Source of the DNA: Pelomyxa schiedti
Lineage: Eukaryota; Protista; Evosea
NCBI GenBank assembly: GCA_020536535.1
Contig: JAHLWZ010000925.1
Span: 1-45,571, forward strand
Direction of reading: 5' to 3'
Length of the DNA: 45,571 nucleotides
The notes under the pieces were generated by a model. The model saw only the letters and a program-made list of their open reading frames with translations. It did not search any database and was not told where the DNA came from. How positions within the stretch are numbered: the first letter of the stretch is position 1; the number at the start of each line of letters is the position of its first letter. The translations under genes were made by a program, and so were the position numbers. This document shows, one piece after another, positions 24,008 through 33,987 of this stretch.

Positions 24008-24994
24008 ATGCGCAAAGGGAGTTTCATTGTGGCCACGTCACTGCTGGTGTTGGCTCTGTCTGTGGCCCTCCCGTTGGTCATAGTCCCGCGGCTGGTGGGG
24101 TTTCTCAGGACAAGGATTGAGGCATATGAAATCAACAGGCTATTGGGTTCTCCAAACGAGCTTGCGCAGGTGTCAGATGATGCAAGGTTGTGGTTGAGTG
24201 ACTACCCTACTTCACTGCAGGTTTTTTTTTCCTTTCAGCTTTGTTTTTTTTTTTTTCCTGGTGGTTCTATGTTGACTTCGTAAGGTGAGGGTTCTTAGGG
24301 AGCATAACATTGGAAGGGTAATATCTGTTGTGTGGGAGAATGTGGCAATTCCACCAACCCTGGAGCAGTACTACAATGTGACTTACCTTCACATTCGTTC
24401 ACAAGACAGGGACGAACAAGACCTGTTGTCAATCTTTCCACTGGCAATGCAGTTCATTGAGGTACGGTGCTTGGGCACTAAAACTAAGATTGCTAAACAC
24501 CAAACAACAGAACAACACTGAATCAAACACACTGGTTCACTGCATGGGAGGCGTTTCAAGGAGTGCAACTATTGCTACAGCCTACCTCATGCTCAGTAGG
24601 AAATACTCTGTGGAAGAAGCAATTACTCATCTCCGAGAACACAGACCCCAAGCAAGTATATGCCCAAGCACATAATCACACAAAAAGAAAAAAACACACA
24701 GACCCAAACCGTGGATTCCGAAGACAATTGGAACAATGGAAAGAATGCATACAAAGTGGAACCACTCAAAATTGCAAATGGGAAAGCCCCTATTCCACAA
24801 CTCTACCTGTGATTTCAGTTGTTATGCACCAGTCACAACCAAATGGGCCCCACGCCCACCACGTGCTTGTTGGCTCATCATTATGGGACACACTCATGGA
24901 CTACTGGGTGTGCCTCCTCACAATCTTTGATAGAAGGATTCGCCCATTACTTCAATCTATCCACCTTTCTTCTCCTGGGCAGAGGAGCCTTTGA
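24008..24994 (+). CDS. Atypical dual-specificity protein phosphatase with N-terminal hydrophobic anchor
   Basis: Catalytic loop VHCMGGVSRSATIATAYLM, general-acid region QDRDEQDL, and RPQANPNRGFRRQL after splicing. N-terminal MRKGSFIVATSLLVLALSVALPLVIVP. Confidence 0.9.
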
Positions 24995-25305
24995 ATGAAA
25001 AAAATGGGAAAGAAGGTGCACTCGTCAGGCTCACAATTTACAACCCAAAAACATGCTTTCGTGGTCTTGGGGTTCGTTGGAATTTTTCCCAGCCTTTTCT
25101 TCTGGGGTGCACATAACCCAGCTTGCCCAAATCAAGATCTCTTTTTTGTAGATCATGCAAGCTCGATCGCCATTCTGATTATTTTTCCTTCGTTGTTCGT
25201 TAGGGGTGTGAACATTTGGTCTTCATCGAAAAAAGGGGCCGAAAAGTTAGATAACAAAGCCAATAAACAAGCCCATGCACCAACAACAGCAATAGGTGTG
25301 ACTCG

Positions 25306-27654
25306 ATGGAGCGTGTTCTCCCATAATATGATTAGTTACCTCGTACTTTTATAGGGATACGAGTGTCAAGGCACAACCATAAGGTAATTTGATTTCCTTT
25401 TTCATTTCACGCAAGTCAGGAGGCTGTTAACACAACAACAGGATTGAACAGTTTAGAGAATGTATCACTGGTATTGCATTGTCAAGACAAGCTGTACGTG
25501 ACCTGGCTATCAGAGGTGAGTTTACTTGGTGCTCACCTTTTTTTCCCCCCAACTGTTTTTTAGGGATACCAAACGCCCCTGGGTTGCGGCCAACTTATTG
25601 GAAGGTTTCTTTGGTGCTGTACCTTCCCTCGTTCTAAATGCTTTCTAAGATACTGTTGAATTACTTACCACTTGTCCCAAGTAAGTGGCCGGCTGTATAC
25701 AAGAGAAGCCGGGCTAATTATTGGGAATATCATAAGGAAATAATTGAGGTTGTTGCATAACATTTATGTTATTGTGTTCTGATTTGCTTTTTGCAGACGG
25801 CACCTCCAACAGAGGTTATTCTCCTTATTGTTTTTTTTTTTTTTTACTTAAGTTCGTTAGGATGACCGTGTGTGGGACCAGATTTTGAAAGATGTGCATA
25901 GAACGTTTTCTTCTGTTGAATTATTTAATAACGTTCGTTGACACTATTACCTTAAATCACTCTCACGTAATTATACAGGAAGCAGTGCGCACATCACTCA
26001 AAAATATTCTCTTTTTGTATGCCAAACTAAATCCAGGGACATCCTATGTACAAGGTTCTAGAATATAAAAGTGGAGGGGAAAATCTCAAGTTACACAGGA
26101 ATGAATGAACTTGTGGCCCATTTATTTTATGTGTTTTTTACTGACACTGACCCCGATACAAAAGGTAGTGTATCTGTAATTTGCTGGTGTGCTTGCTAAT
26201 TTTCCCTCTTCCAGAAAACGCTGAACCTGATACTTTCTTCTGCTTCACAAATCTCATGACAGAGGTGGAAGGTAATTTTTTACGCCATCTGGATCAAGTG
26301 GAATGTGGTATAAATTATACAATAGATAGGTATGCCCTTTTTCTCAGAGATTCTTGAGACTGATGGGTATTGTTCAGATTTTCTTCGCTGATTCAGCGTT
26401 ATGACCCCGAATTGTGGTCTCACTTTCAGGCCATTGGAATGGAGCCACACTTTTTTGCACTCCGCTGGATTACATTGTTGTACTCCCAAGAATTCGGGAG
26501 GGCGCCACAGAGCGATCCCTGCATTGCTCCAAGTGATGATCTTGGAGTCAATTTTGGTGGTGTTGGAGTTGGTGGTGACTCTAGTCTGAAAGGCGCTGGA
26601 GTGGCAGGAGTCAATATTGTAGTAAGGTTATGGGATGCCTTCTTTGCTGATGATAAGAGATTCGAACTCACTTTATATTTTGGATGTGCTTTGCTCCTGT
26701 AAGTTTAATTCTCTTGCATTGCGATACTCAGTCTCTCAAGGTGTTTGCGTAGTCATCTTCTTAATGGAGTATTTGAAGAAAATTTGGGACTTCTTCAGGT
26801 ACCGTAGGGAATACTATTACTTTTTATTTATTCATATCGTCAAGGCGTATCCACAAGCAGATTTCGATAAGATTCTCGATTTAGCTTTGCAGTTGAGAAG
26901 CTCCCCGAATTCGGTTCCCTCCTACGAGACTATATACAAGATACCACAAAATCCACCCTCTCCGACACTTTCATTCGTCACTCATACCCCCAGTCCAACG
27001 ACTGAAAGTTCGAGTAGTGACAGTCCATCAGAAGAGGTAATTCTTTCCTCACCCACCCAAGCCTTCCTTCCTCCCACTTGACCCACAATTCCCAACGCCG
27101 CTAATCCATCCCCAGCGAAAAAAAAGGAGATCAAACCGAAAAACAACTCGATTCGAAGACTTCAAGAACTTCCTCACCTCCTCGTCATCCTCATCCTCAT
27201 CCTCATCGTCATCATCAGCATCTTCTTCCTCCCAGCAGCGGCCCTGCTCGGCCCCGCCATCACCCCCGATTTCCCTCTCCCCACCACCCCCTCCCCCAAT
27301 CCTTACACACCCGCTCTCCTCCTCAGCTTCCTCAGTCCCTCTCCCTTCCTCCTCGCCGCCACCAACCATCCACCTCTATGGCTTGCTGTGCCAGCCCCAG
27401 AGCTCAGCCCCCAAACCCCCTCCTCCCATGCTGCGTTCCTCCTCCCCCAGCCCAACTACCACTCCATCTTCGTCACCGCCGGCATGCAACCCGCTGCTGC
27501 CCCCTGTACCCTCACTCCCTCCGCCCCACCCTGTTCATGTGCACAGTCCAGGTGTGGTCCTTTCTTTCTAGAGATATTCTGGCCTCATTCTTTGATAGGT
27601 GTTTGTGAGTGGAAGAGGGCAACACCCCCTATTAACGCCAAGGGAAAGGTGTAA
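25306..27654 (+). CDS. TBC-domain Rab GTPase-activating protein, TBC1D13-like
   Basis: Spliced motifs GIPNAPGLRPTYWKILLNYLP, ILKDVHRT (R-finger), YAKLNPGTSYVQGMNELVAH (Q-finger), AEPDTFFCF, FFALRWITLLYSQEF, VRLWD. Ser/Pro-rich tail. Confidence 0.85.
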
Positions 27655-27804
27655 GCTTATTGTGCATGAAGTGTAGGTATTTATACGCGCTTGCGTGGTA
27701 ACAAGAATTCTTGTTACCAACAAGTCGGAGTTGTGGATAGAATTTTGCATAAACAAAAGAATTCTTTTTTGTTCATTTGGTTATTTATAAATTTTTGTTG
27801 GTAT

Positions 27805-29702
27805 TTAGGATTTCCCATTGTGGAAGTTCTGCCTATAGGTTGTGGTGAAGTGGGATTGTCCACTTGTCTGTGTGAAGACTTGGCTGGCAGCTGGGGGCCT
27901 GTACATTGCCTTTGGAAATATCAGAAGTAGAACAAAGGAAAAAACTGGAAAATACCCTTCGGGCAGGTGGGTGTGATTGTGACGCAAGGGAGAGTGTCTG
28001 TGCGTCAACATCGGCAGGTTTATTTGGTGAAGACATGGCACGCTGTGACATGTAGAAGCAGAACTCGTCAAATAAAACATAGCCCCCTCGGTTAGAATCC
28101 ATCTTGTCAAATTCTTTCCGAAGAGCAAGCTCATCCATCGCTGAGACAGCGGATCCAGAAATCGCTGCCCATCCTTTCTTGAATTCATCAAAGGTGACGC
28201 GGTTATCGTTATCCTGTGCGTTTATCAGGATCTAACCCAAAGAAACTGGATATTCACCGTGTCTAACTGTCGGAATTGTTTGCTTAGGGTATCAAAGTAA
28301 GCAAGAAGTTTGATCATTTGCTGGAATTCGTTTTGTTGAATAAATCCATCGTTAGATGTATCTGCAGCTTTATAGGCACGCATTATAGCGGCGCGGTTCT
28401 TGGAAAACTGTGTTGTGTTGGTTATGAAGATTTCAACATCGCTATTGTTATTAACCTGAGGAAGAACAGTTGTAATAGCTCTATCGATTTCCGCAAGGGA
28501 ACAAATTCCATTCCCGTTGGAATCAAATGCTTCCCACACCTTTTGAACTTGTAAAGTATCAATAACTGGGGCCTTAATCGGTGTTGTGGCAGTGGATGTG
28601 GTATCCGCTTGGGGTTGCATCTGTAGAAGATCAGAATTTTCTTAGCCAAATTGGAGGAAATTACTGATCGTGTCTTGACGGGGGATGTGTTTGGTGATGC
28701 ATAAGCCGCCTGAGTTGTTGTTGTGAAAGGTGATACTGTGGCTGTAGGGAAAATAGAGGTAGAGGCATTTCTGCTTGGTGACATAGCTTTTCCTGAAGTT
28801 CTAGTGGGCGAGCTTGTGGTGGTTGAAGTGTTGGCATAAGTGCTCTAGAGAGGTGTAAGGGGCAGAAAAAGCGTCATAGAACCAACCCTAGATTTCACCG
28901 GTGAAACAGCATGAGCGGGCGGAGAAGACTGAACTGGTGAATAGGCAAGTCCCTCTTGGGTGGGTCAGATTATTGATGGAGGAATCACTCAACTTACGTT
29001 TCTTTGCAAGGTACATGCAAAATTCATCAAATAGCACCTATTAACCAAAGTAAGGAATGAAAGATGAGGAAAAGCTAGAGGTCACACTTTGCCACCACGG
29101 TTAGAGTCCATAGAGTCGAATTCACGTTTTAAGGTTGCCTGGTCACCGGTAATCCCGAGATGGCTAAGAAACGGTAAAAAAGATGATATGAAATGAGTAT
29201 TTTTGTACCTGCAGCCGGCAACAAATTCGCTGAAGTCAATCCTTTCATCGTCGTCCTTGTCCATCTCTTGGAACTGATTCCACATTTGGTTGTATTTTTC
29301 CAACAAGTCTATGAGGGTGGCGAATTCATTGAACTGAACATATCTGGTAACCCAAAGTCAACACGAATAATAAAAAAAAATGAGGAAAACCCGTCGTGAG
29401 AAATATCAGCAGCCTTGTAAGCACGCATGAGGGCATGCTTGTTCTGCGTCTCGTTAAGTACAAACTGACCACGAAGAACCAAAAGGGGAAAGAGAGGAGA
29501 AATTTACCTTGCCGTACTGCGGCATCAACATCAACACTGCCCGGTCGCATTCGGCAAGCGACAAGAAACCATTGCCGTTAAAGTCGTACGTCTTCCAGAT
29601 CTCCACCAACTTTGGATCTGCATCAGGAGGAATGCTGGAAGCGTTGGTTGTACGCTTGGTTGGTGACGTAGTTCCGGTGCCACGCGTGCCTCTGGTTGCC
29701 AT
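27805..29702 (-). CDS. EF-hand calcium-binding protein with two tandem calflagin/flagellar calcium-binding-protein-like modules
   Basis: Two homologous four-EF-hand units: YDFNGNGFLSLAECDRA...MRAYKAAD...MDKDDDERIDFSEF...MDSNRGGKVLFDEFC and FDSNGNGICSLAEIDRA...MRAYKAADTSNDG...MDSNRGGYVLFDEFC, joined by an S/T/P-rich linker. Confidence 0.8.
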
Positions 29703-30009
29703 CGCCTGTGTTTTTTTGCTTTTTTGTTTTGTTTCGTTGCTCTCGTTGTTTTAACTGAACTGCTTTGGTTCCTGTTTTTGTTGGTTTTTGGTTTCCGAAA
29801 ATAAAAATACATGTGCAAGAAACCTTGTTTCGGACGTTGGATTGTGCCCTTGAGAAATCCCCGAACTCCATCTCTCCCCAAGATCTCCTTTTCTCGATTC
29901 CTCTTCAGGGCTCCCTCAGGTGCTGTCCCGCCCCTGGAGGAAACGCTTCGTCCACTCACAGCCACCGATTTCTCAGATAAATCAGCACGTCGATTCAAGA
30001 GAGCTCGAC

Positions 30010-30412
30010 ATGCGGCGCATAGCCAGCACTAGCTTGGCCTCCGTGATAGCGGGCAACTACGACATGTACGCCGTCGACGAGCCCTCGGACGGCGGCCGCG
30101 CCCTGGTGCCCCGCGGTAACCGCTGCGTCGCCGTCTCCCTGTCCCTCGCCCCCTCCTCCTCCACTTCCGCCTCTGCCTCCTCCCCGCCGTCGACTACCTC
30201 CTCCTCATCTGCATCGAGCGGGGCAGCAGCGACGCCGCCGCCGGGCGTGGACCGCGGTGTTCTGAGATTGGCCGTGATAGCGGGAGTCGGAGCCATCATG
30301 GCACGCGCGGACGTCTCGGTGCCCGCGGCAGCGACCCCCGCCACGCGCCCACGGGGGGGCGAGGGCGAGGCGCAGGCTGCGTCCTCCGGCGGGGGAGGCG
30401 GGGCAGCCGCCA

Positions 30413-30467
<55 letters not shown>

Positions 30468-31700
30468 AGAGCCCGTGCCCAAGGCGGACGGCTACACGCC
30501 GCTCGAGTTCGACACGGCCAACCCGGGGTCTGGGGCGCAGGACCCTGTGATGGCGATGCACTGGGTGGCGCTGCGGGGCGGCGTGTGTGCCTTGGTTGTG
30601 GGATACAAGAGCGGCAGCCTGCGGACTTTCTGCGACCACGGCACCGTCGTCGGCTGCCAGAAGTTCCATGACACTGCCGTTATTAGGGTCAAAGTTTGCC
30701 GCTGTGGCTGCGGTGGAAAATCCTCGTATCTGGTTGTTCTGTACGAGACGGGGGTGCTGGCTTGCACGGCTTTGGGCTCCTTCTCTTCCGCTATAGAATC
30801 GGCCTGTGGCCAGCTTTGTATCTTATGTGCAAAGGTGCAGAGGAATCTACCACCGATTAACTCGTCCGGGGGTCCTATTGCTTTTTCCAAGTGGCACCTT
30901 ACAGGTAACAAAAGTAAAATAAAATAAAATAAAACAAAATAAAACAAAACAAAACAAAGCACTACGCTCGTACTTACGATGCCGTAGATCACTCGGAAAT
31001 TGAGGATGTTACGATGAATACAGGGGATACATCTCTCTCCCCTATATCGGCAGTGGAGCCTAGAACGCAGTGTGCTGTTGCTGTTGGTTCCTCACCGTTC
31101 GCCAGCTTATATGTTTTACCTGCGGATGACAGAGCGGCTAATGTGGCTGCTACCTTCTCGCGGGCAACACGTGCTATTTTCTCCTTTGCAAAATTGTGGT
31201 GGTCTGGATCAAGTGACACCGAAAACCGTGAGGAGCAACACAACCAACACAACCAGCAACTACAACAACAGCTTTTGCAAGCTGCTCTGCAACAACCACT
31301 CGAAGTTTCCCCAGTGACTTCATTGGCAGATGACAACCGGAAAATAGATTCCATAGTACCTGATCCCTGGTGTCACATGGCACTGTGCTCTGACTCTCTC
31401 GGCCGGGTGCTGCTGCTCGAGTTACCTTCATTCGTGGCCTTGAGGATATGGAAAGGATACCGCGATGCACAGTGTGGATGGACACACATCACCGGTTCAC
31501 CAGAAGGGAAACTTGCAGCAGTCATCTACTTGGCCAGAAGAGGCTTACTAGAAGTGTGGGACCCAATGGGAACCAAGCTTCTGGGATTGGATGTAGGTGT
31601 TGGGTGCATACTGTCATATGACAATGGCAACAATGTGTCTGAAGTGCCGCACTGCCTTCTGTTTGATTCTGAGGGGTTTGTGCGCCAAGTTGTAGTATAA
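30010..31700 (+). CDS. RAB3GAP2: Rab3 GTPase-activating protein non-catalytic subunit, N-terminal domain only (RAB3GAP2-like)
   Basis: LVVGYKSGSLRTF, SLADDNRKIDSIVPDP, SDSLGRVLLLE, LRIWKGYRDAQCGW and VIYLARRGLLEVW are RAB3GAP2_N hallmarks. There is an intron at about 30905-30988. Confidence 0.85.
30413..30466 (+). repeat. Coding (TCGGCG)n tandem repeat encoding Ser-Ala
   Basis: About 9 perfect hexamer units, directly visible. Confidence 0.95.
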
Positions 31701-32022
31701 CTTCAAATAACTTCTGCAAATAAAAAAACACAAGTGGTTTGTGCTTTCTCCTCGTTCACGCAGAACAAAAAAAATATTTGTACGCATGATTGTCCAAATG
31801 GTGTAAGTCCCAAGTGGAACGCCCAATTGTACGGGTCATCTCGAGGGAGTCAGGAAAAAAGAACATTCTTCGAAGGGAAGATAAGTTCCGCTGGATCCCT
31901 CACCAGAACACCAGTCAGTTCCCCTCATGCCCTGGGGACAGCCTTCCGCGTGGGTAATTATGGGAAGGGTGTTTGTAACTGGATTTTTTCAGCTTCCCTG
32001 AAAAAAAAAAAAACGACTGTTG

Positions 32023-33650
32023 ATGGACTGCGAAGCCAGCACGGCGACGTCTACCACGTCCACCTCCGTGCCGCAGACCGCGTCGCAGCCATCACCCACA
32101 CAAGTTGTCAGCACCGCTGCACAGCAGGAGCAGAAACAGACCCCGCAGTGCCCCTGCGTCACCTGCGCGTGCGCGTGCCACAGGCACAACCACTGGGCGG
32201 CCCCAGGGTGCGACGCAGCCACGGACACGGACGACCTGCCCGCCGACGAGGACGAGGACGAGTACGAGGGAGACGGCGCGGACACCGAGCAGGAGCAGCA
32301 GCACGCCCGAGGAGGGGACGACTACGACGCCGGGCTGATGACGGCTACCACAACGACCACGTCCGGGCGAGGGTGCTGCGTCGGCTGTGGGGTCTTGGGT
32401 TGGCTCTCTTCCGCGCTTGGCGGGCTCTGGTCGCCGGACCCGCCACTTTCGACGGCAGCAGCTGCCCGCCACGGGATTATGGGCGACGGGCCTGCGGCTT
32501 CTTCTGCGGGTGCTTCTTCGCAGCAAATGCGCAAGAACCATAACAGGCCTCAGGCTGCCGTGAAGATGCAGGTGAGAAAACCGCCGGCCAACAAACCACG
32601 AAGGATGAACAAAGAAACTACCACGGCCAAGGCCCAGGTGGCGAATTCCGCGTCCGCTGCTGGGGATTATGGGAAGACCAGTGCCGGCGTGCCAACACGA
32701 GCAACGACCAAAGTGCCTGGGAGTGCGGCTGCTCTTGGCACTTCGGGGAAATCAGTTACAGGAAGTGGGGAGGTTGATTTGCTTAGGACGCTTCCGCGAT
32801 CTCCTGTTGTTCCGATCAAATACAGTGATTTGGTGGCAAAGTACGCTGGGGAGGAGGCGGACGAAACTTACATGATCCCTGTTATGGGAGACCTTCACGT
32901 CGGTGTGCATTTTAATGTACACACTACTATTGGGATGACTACCTATCTCAATCTCCCCAATAGGAAAGACAAGTTTTCTCCATTGGTGTGTTGCTCTTGC
33001 GGTTTTTGTTTTTCATAACTGGTGAATTCCCAGCGTTAAACATGGGAAAACTCCTCTTCTGGTGGACACAGAGCATGATGTTGAACAGACTGTTCCAGTT
33101 GTTGAATTTTATCATGGAAAGGTTTATTTTGCACAACGTAAAGGTTTCCTGACCCTTATTCCCTTGGCTTGTTCCAAAAGAAACTCAAATTGATGCTTAT
33201 CAAACGTAGACACGACTGGTTCTTGAAAATTCCAGCAAGGAGGTTTCTTTTCTCTTTTTTTTTTTTTCCTCCTTCTTCTATCTCACTGCACACCGTCATA
33301 TGCAGCGTTTTTGGAATTGCACACAGTTTCTTGATTATTTTTGACATTACACACCGCCAGTCCTGGGATCACGCAAAGAGTGTTATTGAGGATATAAGAA
33401 AATACCACAAGAACCCCATGGTACCTTGGGTTTTGTTAGCAAATAAGACAGACCTGGAAGAGCAAAGGGCAGTCCCAAAGACGGAGGTTTAATACCTCTT
33501 TTTTGTGCCAAAATTAACAGCTGTCCCAAGATTGAAGAATTCATGCTACCAAATAAACAGGGAGCACTCATTGAGAGCAGCAAATACGATTTACAACAAA
33601 CAAAGAACACCCTTCAGTTGTTGCTTAGCCAAGTCGCTCGCCAGTCTTGA
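32023..33650 (+). CDS. Divergent Ras/Rab-like GTPase domain with long low-complexity, Cys-rich N-terminal extension
   Basis: Splicing gives IPVMGDLHVGKTSFL (G1), KLKLMLIKRRHD (where DTAGQ is expected), FLIIFDITHRQSW, VLLANKTDLEEQRAV (G4) and IESSK (G5-like). It ends VARQS* with no CaaX/CC. Confidence 0.75.
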
Positions 33651-33987
33651 ATTTGTTCAATAAGCGTTACCCTGTCTATTTTTATTTTTTTCTTCATTCA
33701 TTGGTTGGCCTTCAACCAATCATCGATCATGGAACTGTTCCTCCTGCCGCTAATTCACAGAATTTTTTTTGATTTACTGTACGCCGTACTTACAGTGAGG
33801 TGCCCCACCTTACTCCTACAACCCAGCTCTCTGCACTTTTCTTCTTCAAGTGGTCGCCTGTGCACCAGCAAGATTCCATTCAGCTCTTCGTTCCCCAAAA
33901 GCCGTAGAAAACGATGCAGAGAAAGAAAAAAAACAAAAAAAAATAAAATTGGCGTTCATAGTGGCGGCACCGCCAGTGGGTGCACAT

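Noticed and set aside
30057-32541. Long antisense and alternate-frame ORFs over the GC-rich first exons
   Set aside because: Stop codons are expected to be scarce in high-GC repetitive coding sequence; the sense frames carry the recognisable domains.
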